This document shows, piece after piece, positions 1 through 8,938 of a stretch of 64,000 nt of DNA. The stretch lies in assembly GCA_022825665.1 (NCBI GenBank), contig JAJDWI010000086.1, positions 838 to 64,837 of the forward strand. The letters are read 5' to 3'. Below the pieces are notes generated by a model that saw nothing but the letters and a program-made list of their open reading frames with translations, was not told where the DNA came from and made no database searches. The translations under genes and the position numbers were made by a program. The first letter of the stretch is position 1; each line of letters starts with the position of its first letter. The stretch is from Candidatus Poribacteria bacterium. Lineage in GTDB: Bacteria > Poribacteria > WGA-4E > WGA-3G.

Positions 1-162
1 ACATTTCAAATCAAATATAATACTAAAATCCTGCAAACCTTGTTATCAAATGAGGTATCAATTATACGCGAGCAAACGATCTGGTTTGTACCTTATGTAG
101 GCATAGTTAAAATTGAAGATGAACACGGCATTTCTGAATTGATTGAATATAAACTACAATGA
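1..162 (+). CDS. 3' end of a hypothetical protein (truncated by window edge)
   Basis: Frame 1 is open from base 1: ...EQTIWFVPYVGIVKIEDEHGISELIEYKLQ*. Its TGA overlaps the ATG of the next gene (ATGA 159-162). Confidence 0.7.
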   Translation, partial: TFQIKYNTKILQTLLSNEVSIIREQTIWFVPYVGIVKIEDEHGISELIEYKLQ

Positions 163-1247
163 ATATTGTTGTGTTAAGTGATAAAAAGCCAGGGCATTAC
201 AAACAATCATTAGGCATTATCAATAAAATACCAGATTGTCGTATGGAATGGCTTGAGATAGAATTCCAACATAAATGGCGCGATAATCTCCTACGCATAA
301 TCATGTGTGTTTCCGGAGGCATGCCACTGTCAACCTCAATGATTCGTTTCCTCCTTCGCTGGAGTCTTACTACTTCCTCCTACAATGCAGTTTTACAAAT
401 TCAAGGTATGGACTTAGTTCTTTCGACTGGATCATCCGTAGCTGCTGTTAATTTACTTCTCGGTAAACTCCTCAATGCTAAAACAGTCACCTGTCGCAGA
501 CCTTCGCCTATTGGTATCCGACATTTTGACCTTGCAATTCTACCGATGTTATCATGGAATAGTGCCAAAGACCGAAACAATGTATGCAAAACAATTGGTG
601 TCCCAAACCCAATTTCTCCTGACGTCCTAAAGACGAAGCGAGACAATCTGAAACAAGCCCTACACCTGCAAGAACGTCCAGTAATTGGAATCCTTTTAGG
701 AGGAACCGATCAATACGAGACAATAACGGTTGAAGATGCAAAACAGCTGCATACAACATGTGATAAAGTTGCTAAAACCATCAACGCGCAGATATTACTA
801 ACGACATCTCGAAGAACACCTACAGACGTTTCTAATTACTTAAAATCAAAGTTCACAAATGCGGATTGGTGTCCTTTGTTCATTGATCCTGATACACCTT
901 CAGATCTTGATGATCCGTATCAAACCATTCTATCAGCAAGTGATTTACTTATCGTAACAGCAGACAGTTTTTCAATGGTATGTGAAGCAGCATCCAGTGG
1001 TTGCAAGGTGATAGTTCTATCTCTCACACAGCAAAGACAGAAACAACATAAAAGGTATGAAGTTTATAGTTATATGCAAGAACAGTCGATATTGAATCTC
1101 TGTAGTCTTGAGGAACTTTCGCATGAAATTGATAGAATTTTAGCACTACAACATCAGAACACTATTCTCCGAGATACAGAAACAGCAGTGAGTGCAATCC
1201 AGCATCTATTTGAAAGTAATCATAAAAAAGATAATGGAACAATGTAA
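159..1247 (+). CDS. ELM1/GtrOC1-family (DUF1022) putative glycosyltransferase
   Basis: N-terminal SDKKPGHxxQSxG, plus TTSRRTP and VTADSxSMVCEA motifs typical of the family. Confidence 0.85.
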   Translation: MNIVVLSDKKPGHYKQSLGIINKIPDCRMEWLEIEFQHKWRDNLLRIIMCVSGGMPLSTSMIRFLLRWSLTTSSYNAVLQIQGMDLVLSTGSSVAAVNLLLGKLLNAKTVTCRRPSPIGIRHFDLAILPMLSWNSAKDRNNVCKTIGVPNPISPDVLKTKRDNLKQALHLQERPVIGILLGGTDQYETITVEDAKQLHTTCDKVAKTINAQILLTTSRRTPTDVSNYLKSKFTNADWCPLFIDPDTPSDLDDPYQTILSASDLLIVTADSFSMVCEAASSGCKVIVLSLTQQRQKQHKRYEVYSYMQEQSILNLCSLEELSHEIDRILALQHQNTILRDTETAVSAIQHLFESNHKKDNGTM

Positions 1248-1368
1248 GAAAATAGGTGTATTAAAAAGTAATCTATCCGTTAGAATAGTCTAACTATTCA
1301 CCAACCGATATTGACAACTATCATTAGTTAAAATGATTCAATTTATATTATTGTTATGGAGAAGAACA

Positions 1369-2682
1369 ATGAAAAACTATAGTGCCTATTTTGCTATTGC
1401 CCTCATAATGCTTCTGGGATTAACAGCCTTCTATATAGTCAATGCTGATACAAAAACCGTTGATGATCCATGGAAAACTTGGGTGGAACAACAGACTGAG
1501 ACTATGTTAAAAGCTGCTGGAGATATAGATAAAGAACGTTGGACGGAAATGCAATCTAATATTAAAGAACAGTTTTCTGCTATTGCCGCAGAATTAAAAA
1601 AAGATATTAGTTCTCCTCCCATGTTTGTAAAAGAGAATATAGATCATGATATCAAGAAAACCCTCAAGTATTTACTAACAGAAGAAATTATCAATTCTAA
1701 GAAAATAGACGATCTGATTAAAAAAATAACAGATGAAGACCTATCTTATATAGAAGAGCGTGTAGTTGTGGATAAATTGCCAGAATCCAAATTACACAAA
1801 GGTAATTCCAAAATCCAAGTAAAGACTTATTTTGACACGAAAAACAATGATTTGGAGATAACATCAGAAGCGCATGTCAATGCACATATTCTGAGAGATC
1901 TATTTGATAAAGATATCCGAAATCTGCCCAAAGACGTGGATCAAAATGTTGATGCATTACGTGAAGCTTATGACAAAGCATATAATGGCATGTTGAAAAC
2001 ATCCTCACAATACTTTACACATCAGAGAGATGGGAAGGTTGTTCTGAAGTACAAAATCCCTGCTCCCATAGAAGTAGTAGATGAAAAATATCCGCGAGAT
2101 GAATGGCTTCAAATGTTACTGGATGAAAAGATAAAAATTAGCAATTTCTATGAATATCAGGCATATCTGTTGGAACGAGATGTATTGGTCCACATTGAAA
2201 AGAACCCTAAGGTTTGGTCTTCAGGTCTCTTCGGTATTGATGCAACTGATGATTGGGAAACTTACAAAGAAGCATATATGCAGGAGAGGGTATACAAACT
2301 CAAACCATTCATCAGATCACAAATAATAATAGATGCCAAGAAAATCAGTGAAATGAAGGAAAAGATACTGAAACAGTCTGAGGATATGAAACATGACACT
2401 GATGAAGTTGCAGAGAAGGTTAGGGCAATAGTTGAGGAACTTAACAAAAAGTCAACTACAGCCCTTGATAAAGCTGACATAGTAAAGTTAATTGATGTTG
2501 ACCCAATCATAACTAAAGTTACCCCATCCATTACTACCAAGCCATACGTTCACACCAAGGTTCTCAAAGCCCTTTCTACAGAGAATGAATTAGAAAAAAA
2601 GATTGAAAAACTTGTTGATAGGATTGATAAGTTAATTGATAAACTTGAAGAAAATCAATCACAGTCTACAGAAACAGAATAA
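1369..2682 (+). CDS. Secreted or membrane-anchored hypothetical protein
   Basis: ATG 1369 follows GGAG. N-terminal hydrophobic segment and coiled-coil C-terminus. No recognisable family. Confidence 0.7.
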   Translation: MKNYSAYFAIALIMLLGLTAFYIVNADTKTVDDPWKTWVEQQTETMLKAAGDIDKERWTEMQSNIKEQFSAIAAELKKDISSPPMFVKENIDHDIKKTLKYLLTEEIINSKKIDDLIKKITDEDLSYIEERVVVDKLPESKLHKGNSKIQVKTYFDTKNNDLEITSEAHVNAHILRDLFDKDIRNLPKDVDQNVDALREAYDKAYNGMLKTSSQYFTHQRDGKVVLKYKIPAPIEVVDEKYPRDEWLQMLLDEKIKISNFYEYQAYLLERDVLVHIEKNPKVWSSGLFGIDATDDWETYKEAYMQERVYKLKPFIRSQIIIDAKKISEMKEKILKQSEDMKHDTDEVAEKVRAIVEELNKKSTTALDKADIVKLIDVDPIITKVTPSITTKPYVHTKVLKALSTENELEKKIEKLVDRIDKLIDKLEENQSQSTETE

Positions 2683-2704
2683 TCTTCCTACATTCACCTT
2701 AAAT

Positions 2705-2736
2705 AACAATGGCGAGGTACTACCCTCGCCATTGTT
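2705..2736. terminator. Hairpin between convergent genes (bidirectional terminator)
   Basis: Perfect 13-bp stem AACAATGGCGAGG / CCTCGCCATTGTT. Confidence 0.7.
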
Positions 2737-2793
2737 GTTTAACAGCAAAGAACACAAGAAGTGTTAATAAGAAACATGCTAATTTTCCATTGC

Positions 2794-3735
2794 TTATTGT
2801 GTTTCAGTTGAAATGTAATAACCTGAACCGAACAGATACCCATCGTGTCGGATCGCCCAGGTGCGTTTCAGTTCAGTTACACCACTTTCCGGATTTGGCC
2901 ACAAATAATCAATCCAGTCTCCTGTTACGGAAGCCTTAGCAATTTTTGTACCTAATGTTGACCCATCATGACGTTCTACATCCTCATCAAGCCATTCAAC
3001 ATCTTTGAGATCTGTACCTATGAAGTCTGGTCTTGGCGCGTGTGCGACAAAGTGATCGTTTTCATCAGTAATAAATACATACCACTGACCATCTATATTA
3101 GTTTTATCGTTGTAGTAGGTCGCAGTGGCTTCTTTTCCAGTATATTCGTAACGCGCAATTGCTTCCAAGACAATTGCATGTGTATACGCCGCTGGATCTT
3201 CTTTTGAAACAACAGGAGGTGTCGCAGGATCTGGTCTCCACGGCACATAATATCCTGAAGCAAAGAGGTAACCATCATACCGAATTGACCAGGTCCGCTT
3301 TTGTTCCAATTTGTTTGTTTCTGGATTCGGCCACAAATAATCAGTCCACTTTCCTTCTTCTGTCGCCATAGCTATTTCAGCCCCAAGGTCTGAACTATCA
3401 ATCCCTGGCAGTACTTTAAGATCTTGATCTATCAAATGTGGACTCTGAGCATGTGCGATAAAGTGGTCGTTTTCATCAGTTATGAACACATACCATTGAC
3501 CATCAATATTCGCAGGATCATTGTGATAGGATATTACGGCATCTTTACCATCAGATTTGTATAGATCAATGGCAGATTGAACTAATGCAACAGCATACGC
3601 CTCAGGATCATCCTTTGATGGTGCATCGGGTTGATCAACAACATCCATCACAGAATCTACCATTTGTTTTTCACATCCAGTAGTATATATTACTGCCAGT
3701 ATGAGAATAAGCAGTATTATGAAATAATTCCTCAA
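2794..3735 (-). CDS. Lipoprotein with two tandem single-Cache domains
   Basis: Lipobox-like TTGC, then two copies of NIDGQWYVFITDENDHFxAHA...DYLWPNPE...W(S/A)IRxDGYLFxSGYY. Confidence 0.85.
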   Translation of the reverse strand: MRNYFIILLILILAVIYTTGCEKQMVDSVMDVVDQPDAPSKDDPEAYAVALVQSAIDLYKSDGKDAVISYHNDPANIDGQWYVFITDENDHFIAHAQSPHLIDQDLKVLPGIDSSDLGAEIAMATEEGKWTDYLWPNPETNKLEQKRTWSIRYDGYLFASGYYVPWRPDPATPPVVSKEDPAAYTHAIVLEAIARYEYTGKEATATYYNDKTNIDGQWYVFITDENDHFVAHAPRPDFIGTDLKDVEWLDEDVERHDGSTLGTKIAKASVTGDWIDYLWPNPESGVTELKRTWAIRHDGYLFGSGYYISTETQ

Positions 3736-3768
3736 TTTGTAACTCCTTCATATAATTTTTCTCACTGA

Positions 3769-3857
3769 ATTGTAATCAGAATTATCGGGTTTGTCAAATT
3801 TCTTAAGTATGAGGACAAAACGAAATATTTGACATAAACTCTAAATTGTAGTATCAT
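3769..3857. promoter_or_regulatory. Back-to-back sigma70 promoters
   Basis: + strand: TTGACA(3829)-17-TATCAT(3852). - strand: TTGACA(3797)-17-TACAAT(3774). Confidence 0.65.
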
Positions 3858-3947
3858 ACATAGTGAAATATATCTAACCAATTCATTCTTCAAAAACTAT
3901 TGGCAAGATGGGTGTTTCATTTACCCATTAGGAGTATTGTATATATT

Positions 3948-5933
3948 ATGCCAAATGCCCTATTCGTTTATCCTAAATTCCCACCTTCTTATTGGGGATT
4001 TAAATATGCCTTAGAATTCCTCGGTAAAAAATCTTCAATGCCACCGCTTGGTTTATTGACCATTGCCGGAATGTTCCCAAATAATTACAACTTACAAGTC
4101 GTTGATATGAACATTGAGACGTTAACTGATGAACATCTCGATTGGGCAGATATGGTCCTCACGTCAACAATGATTGTACAGAAAGAATCGTTATATGAGG
4201 TAGTAGAACGATGCAACCGGGCAGCTGTGCCAATAATCGCTGGTGGTCCTCATCCTACATCCTACTATGACAATATCAAAGAAGAGTGTGATGGAACAGT
4301 TGATCATTTCCTATTTGGTGAAGTAGAGGAAATATTTGAAGGTTTTTTGACAGATTTTGAGAGTGGTTCTGCAGATGAAGTTTACAAGGAAACAAGAAAA
4401 CCTGATATAACAAAGACACCTCCACCTCGATATGACCTTATTGATATAAACGCTTACGGTTCAATGGCACTCCAATTCTCTCGCGGATGTCCATTCAACT
4501 GTGAATTTTGTGACATTACTAAGTTATTTGGTCGAGTGCCACGCACAAAAAGCAATGAACAAATGCTCAATGAGTTTGAATTACTGTATAAACTTGGTTG
4601 GAGAGGGGCTATGTTCGTTGTTGATGACAATTTTATAGGAAACAAACGTGATGCAATGCGGTTACTGCCAGCAGTTCAGGAGTGGCAAAAGGAACGCGAC
4701 TTCCCATTTACACTTTATACCGAAGCGAGTGTGAATCTTGTTGAAATACCAGAAATGCTTGATGCAATAACTGCTGCAGGATTTAATATGGTTTTCCTTG
4801 GAATTGAAACGCCAAATGAAGAAGCATTGATCACAACTTCTAAAGGACAAAACACAAGTAAAGAAGAAGAAGCGGGAAGTTACCTGTTAAACGCTATTAG
4901 AAAAATACAGAAAGCAGGTTTGGAGGTGACTGGAGGATTTATTATAGGGCTTGATGGAGACACAGAATTTGACTCTCACATTAATTTTATTCAGAATGCT
5001 GGTATCCCAATGGCTATGGCTGGCTTACTCACAGCGTTGAAAGAAACCGATCTGTGGCACAGACTGAAAATGGAAGACAGATTACTTGTAGAGTCCAGCG
5101 GTAACAATACCGATATGAGTTTGAATTTTGTCCCTGAAATGCCGCGTGAGCAACTTATCCAAGAATACCGACGTGTTATTTCAACACTTTATGACCCCAC
5201 TTTGAAGAACTACTTTGATCGCTGCTATACTTTGCTCAAACACATGCCACGTACCCCACATAATGTTAGACCTATAAAGAAAGAAGAAGTACGTGCATTT
5301 TTGCTATCAATCAAGCGACAACTCTTCTCCAGACAGGGCATAGAATATGCAAAATTTTTAGTTCGGACAATAAAACTTGATAGAAAAATGTTTCCTGAAG
5401 CTGTAAAATTAGCAGTCATGGGTTACCATCTGGAAAAAATGACCCGCCATACAGTTGCAGTAGAGGATTTTAGAACGTTTCTGAGTGGCGAATTGGAGTC
5501 CTATAAAACAAAAATTGCACAATATGTCAATTCTCAAGGTGATAAGATACAGGAATTGCAGAAATACGCATTACAACTTAGCGCAAGAGTTAAGAAAGAA
5601 TACGAAACTATACATATAGATTTTCAATATGCTGCCCACAATGCCCTTGCAAATTTTCATGATTCCTTGTTTGCTGAATATTTAGAGGCAGAATTGACGG
5701 CATTTAAAGAAGCGGTTGCTGCATTTGCAAAAGCACAAAGTGAACGTATTGGCGAGTTACAAGCGTATGTTAGCAATCTCTTAACCCGTGTCCGCGCACA
5801 ACAAACACAACTCCATGCTGATTTCAAACAGAACCTTCAGGAAACCTTTGATGCTTTCACGGAATCCATATCCAATTATTTAGAGCAACGTTTCGGTTCC
5901 ATACCATTTCAGATTGAAGAATTGCAAACCTAA
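3948..5933 (+). CDS. B12-binding radical SAM protein with DUF4070 (HpnP-like architecture) and duplicated C-terminal helical extension
   Basis: PPLGLLTIA and GGPHPT cobalamin-binding domain, SRGCPFNCEFC motif, DDNFIG. Probable start is ATG 3948. Confidence 0.9.
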   Translation: MPNALFVYPKFPPSYWGFKYALEFLGKKSSMPPLGLLTIAGMFPNNYNLQVVDMNIETLTDEHLDWADMVLTSTMIVQKESLYEVVERCNRAAVPIIAGGPHPTSYYDNIKEECDGTVDHFLFGEVEEIFEGFLTDFESGSADEVYKETRKPDITKTPPPRYDLIDINAYGSMALQFSRGCPFNCEFCDITKLFGRVPRTKSNEQMLNEFELLYKLGWRGAMFVVDDNFIGNKRDAMRLLPAVQEWQKERDFPFTLYTEASVNLVEIPEMLDAITAAGFNMVFLGIETPNEEALITTSKGQNTSKEEEAGSYLLNAIRKIQKAGLEVTGGFIIGLDGDTEFDSHINFIQNAGIPMAMAGLLTALKETDLWHRLKMEDRLLVESSGNNTDMSLNFVPEMPREQLIQEYRRVISTLYDPTLKNYFDRCYTLLKHMPRTPHNVRPIKKEEVRAFLLSIKRQLFSRQGIEYAKFLVRTIKLDRKMFPEAVKLAVMGYHLEKMTRHTVAVEDFRTFLSGELESYKTKIAQYVNSQGDKIQELQKYALQLSARVKKEYETIHIDFQYAAHNALANFHDSLFAEYLEAELTAFKEAVAAFAKAQSERIGELQAYVSNLLTRVRAQQTQLHADFKQNLQETFDAFTESISNYLEQRFGSIPFQIEELQT

Positions 5934-5955
5934 CAGTTGACATTTCTATGTTATC

Positions 5956-7476
5956 ATGGTTCCAATTCAGATTGAAGATCTCTCCTATACTTATCCAAGT
6001 CGCGAAACACCAACACTGAATGGTATAAATGCTCAAATATCACCCGGTGATTTTGTGCTGTTAACAGGTCCAACCGGATGTGGTAAATCTACGTTTCTCC
6101 GCACTATAAACGGACTGATTCCCCATTCCTCTGGGGGAACACTCACTGGAACTGTCTGTATTAACAATACTGACGTTTCCACGCAACCCCTCGCAACGAC
6201 ATGTCAACAAGTCTCCCTTCTTTTTCAAAATCCTGATGATCAATTGTTTTGTACACTGGTAGAGGATGAAATCGCATTTGGACTCGAAAATCTTGGTATT
6301 CCACCTGATAAAATCAGACAACGAATAACTACAGCCTTAGAACAGGTAGGTCTGAGTGGATTTGAAAATAGACGAATTGCAGAACTCTCTGGAGGAGAGA
6401 AACAACGTATAGCACTTGCATCAATCTGTGCAATGCAACCACAGGTTTTACTGCTTGATGAACCTACAAGTCATCTGGATCCACGTGCAACGAGAGATAT
6501 TCTCAACATTGTCAAACAATTGAATACTGATCTTGGAATTACTATTGTATTGGCAACACACCGAGTCAAACAGGTACAACATCTATGTAACCGTGTATGG
6601 TTGATGCATGAGGGAAATCTACGCTTAGACTTACCAAAAAATGAAGCGTTTCAAGACGATACAATTTTCCATAACTTAGGTGTCGAGTTGCCAGATTCAA
6701 CAGATACTACCACACCGATGTCCACAAAACGCACTTCATTACAGCATTCTAATGGGACTATACTTGGTGTCCATAAACTACGCTTTCAATATCCAAACAG
6801 TGATATAAATGCTGTCAGTGATGTTTCTTTAAAGGTGTCACGTGGAGAAGTCGTTGCCGTAATGGGGGAAAATGGTTCAGGTAAAACAACGCTACTCCAT
6901 CTGATATGCGGTTTGCTGCGACCTACAGCCGGCGAAGTAAAGGTTGATGGAAAGACAACGCAACAAATAAAACTTCGCAAATTTGCTGGCAAAGTAGGAA
7001 TAGTATTTCAGAATCCAGACCTATTGTTGCAAGCTGAGACGGTGAGGAGTGAGGTGAGATTTGGTCCCAAGAATCTGAAGGTGAAACCTGACAAACTGAA
7101 TGCCTTAGTCAATGACACGTTGACTCAGTTTAGGTTGTCTGATTTTGCGGAAGAAGCACCGTATTCTCTTTCTCGCGGTCAGCGACAACGCGTTGCAGTT
7201 GCGTCAACTTTTTCCCTACATCCCGATATATTCTTGCTTGATGAACCGACATCTGGTCAAGATGCTCGACACTTACAAAGTATGATGGACAGACTCTGTA
7301 ATCAGATCCGACAACAGAATAAAACTCTTATGTTTGCCACGCATAACATTGAACTCACCCAGAAATATGCGGATCGCATCCTATTGATGCATGAAGGAAA
7401 ATTAATTTATGATGGATCACCTATTACTGCATTTAATGATCAGGAACTAATCGAAAAGTGTTCGTTGACGTTTTAG
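5956..7476 (+). CDS. ECF transporter duplicated ATPase (A-A' fusion)
   Basis: Two ABC domains (GPTGCGKST and GENGSGKTT), FQNPD Q-loops, LSGGE/LSRGQ signatures, LLDEPT. Confidence 0.9.
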   Translation: MVPIQIEDLSYTYPSRETPTLNGINAQISPGDFVLLTGPTGCGKSTFLRTINGLIPHSSGGTLTGTVCINNTDVSTQPLATTCQQVSLLFQNPDDQLFCTLVEDEIAFGLENLGIPPDKIRQRITTALEQVGLSGFENRRIAELSGGEKQRIALASICAMQPQVLLLDEPTSHLDPRATRDILNIVKQLNTDLGITIVLATHRVKQVQHLCNRVWLMHEGNLRLDLPKNEAFQDDTIFHNLGVELPDSTDTTTPMSTKRTSLQHSNGTILGVHKLRFQYPNSDINAVSDVSLKVSRGEVVAVMGENGSGKTTLLHLICGLLRPTAGEVKVDGKTTQQIKLRKFAGKVGIVFQNPDLLLQAETVRSEVRFGPKNLKVKPDKLNALVNDTLTQFRLSDFAEEAPYSLSRGQRQRVAVASTFSLHPDIFLLDEPTSGQDARHLQSMMDRLCNQIRQQNKTLMFATHNIELTQKYADRILLMHEGKLIYDGSPITAFNDQELIEKCSLTF

Positions 7477-7522
7477 GATATTGAACGTTTCTTGGATCTT
7501 CTAAAAAAAGTGTATAATCAAA

Positions 7523-8386
7523 ATGTTTATATGTAAATCTAAACTGGAATCCAGAACTAAAATCATAATCATGATGATAATCGGGTGTCTTGTCATTTTG
7601 CTGGACAGTCCATCTGCATTGTTGGTCTGTTTTTTGGCAAGTATCCTCCTTGTTGTCTCATCTATGCCTACTCTAAAGCAAATTCGATTACTGTTGATCT
7701 TCCTTTTCTTTACCACTTGGGGACTCATTTACAGTCAAGGCATATTCTATAATGCATTTCCTCGCACGGTATTGATTACACTCGTCCCTGTAGATTTTCC
7801 TCTCATTGGTAAGTGGACAGGTGGTATTCATGTGTATCGTGAGGGGTTGTTTCACGGGATTATTCAATCATTAAGGTTCAATTCTACGCTTGTTATCGGT
7901 TGTTATATTGTGTGGAGCACACAACCACGTGACCTTCTTCTTGCTTTGTCGCAATTGCGTGTGCCGGGGGCACTTGCCTTTATGGTGACAACTGCATTAC
8001 ACTTTATACCCGTGATTGCCTCTGAAGCCGCAGCGGTGATACGTTCACAGAGATTACGAGGGGCCCGTTATCTACGGTTCAATCTGTTTGCATCTGTACG
8101 AGGTGTCGTCAATAGTTTTCGTCCTATCTTAGCAGGAAATATACGACATGCGACAAACCTCGGAGAATCGGTGGAGAGTAGAGGATTCTCTCCAGAGACT
8201 TCAATGCAAAGGACATCTCTGCGGTCATCACAGATGGGTAGGTTAGATTATGGTTTGATTGCGGTACTGTCCCTTTGCCTGATATGTGTTATTGCATTGA
8301 AAGTGCTATATTTCTGTTATGCGAATGGCATCTATTATGGATCTTGGTTAAGGGGTTTGTATACCTTTACCCGTGAGATTCTGTAG
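7523..8386 (+). CDS. ECF transporter transmembrane T component (EcfT/CbiQ)
   Basis: Multiple TM helices. QRLRG and ESRGF coupling motifs. Confidence 0.88.
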   Translation: MFICKSKLESRTKIIIMMIIGCLVILLDSPSALLVCFLASILLVVSSMPTLKQIRLLLIFLFFTTWGLIYSQGIFYNAFPRTVLITLVPVDFPLIGKWTGGIHVYREGLFHGIIQSLRFNSTLVIGCYIVWSTQPRDLLLALSQLRVPGALAFMVTTALHFIPVIASEAAAVIRSQRLRGARYLRFNLFASVRGVVNSFRPILAGNIRHATNLGESVESRGFSPETSMQRTSLRSSQMGRLDYGLIAVLSLCLICVIALKVLYFCYANGIYYGSWLRGLYTFTREIL

Positions 8387-8394
8387 TGCATATA

Positions 8395-8913
8395 TCAACG
8401 TCCAACTTCCCAAGCCAAATGTTCAAGTTCAGGACCAATGAGTTTTTCCCACGCTAACCGAACAGCTGCATTTGATCCAGGTGTGGAGACAACAACCTTC
8501 CCTCTATAGACACCTGCCGTTGCGCGTGATAACATTGCTGCAGCACCGACTTGGTCATAACTGAACATCCTGAAGAGTTCACCAAACCCAGGTAATGTCT
8601 TTTCTAATTTGCGATTGAGAACATCAAATGTCGTATCTCGCGGGGCAATACCGGTGCCGCCGTTGAAAATAATAACTTGTGCATCGGTCTCAGCCATTTT
8701 GTCCAATACATCAGATACTTGGTCAGGTTCATCTTTGATTATCTGATATGCGACTACACCGTTTCCTTCGGACTCAAGTTGTTCGCGTAGGAATACTGCG
8801 TTAGTGTCTGTTTCTGGCGTGCGTGAATCGCTTACTGTTACTATTGCAACTGAAATAGGTCCTTGTTCAGCTGCAATCTCTCTGTGTTGTTGAGTGCTTG
8901 TTGAAGTCGACAT
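8395..8913 (-). CDS. moaB: Molybdenum cofactor biosynthesis protein MoaB/MogA
   Basis: [25 protein letters not shown] and PGS motifs. Confidence 0.9.
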   Translation of the reverse strand: MSTSTSTQQHREIAAEQGPISVAIVTVSDSRTPETDTNAVFLREQLESEGNGVVAYQIIKDEPDQVSDVLDKMAETDAQVIIFNGGTGIAPRDTTFDVLNRKLEKTLPGFGELFRMFSYDQVGAAAMLSRATAGVYRGKVVVSTPGSNAAVRLAWEKLIGPELEHLAWEVGR

Positions 8914-8938
8914 TAATATAAAACCCTTTCTCTACAAT

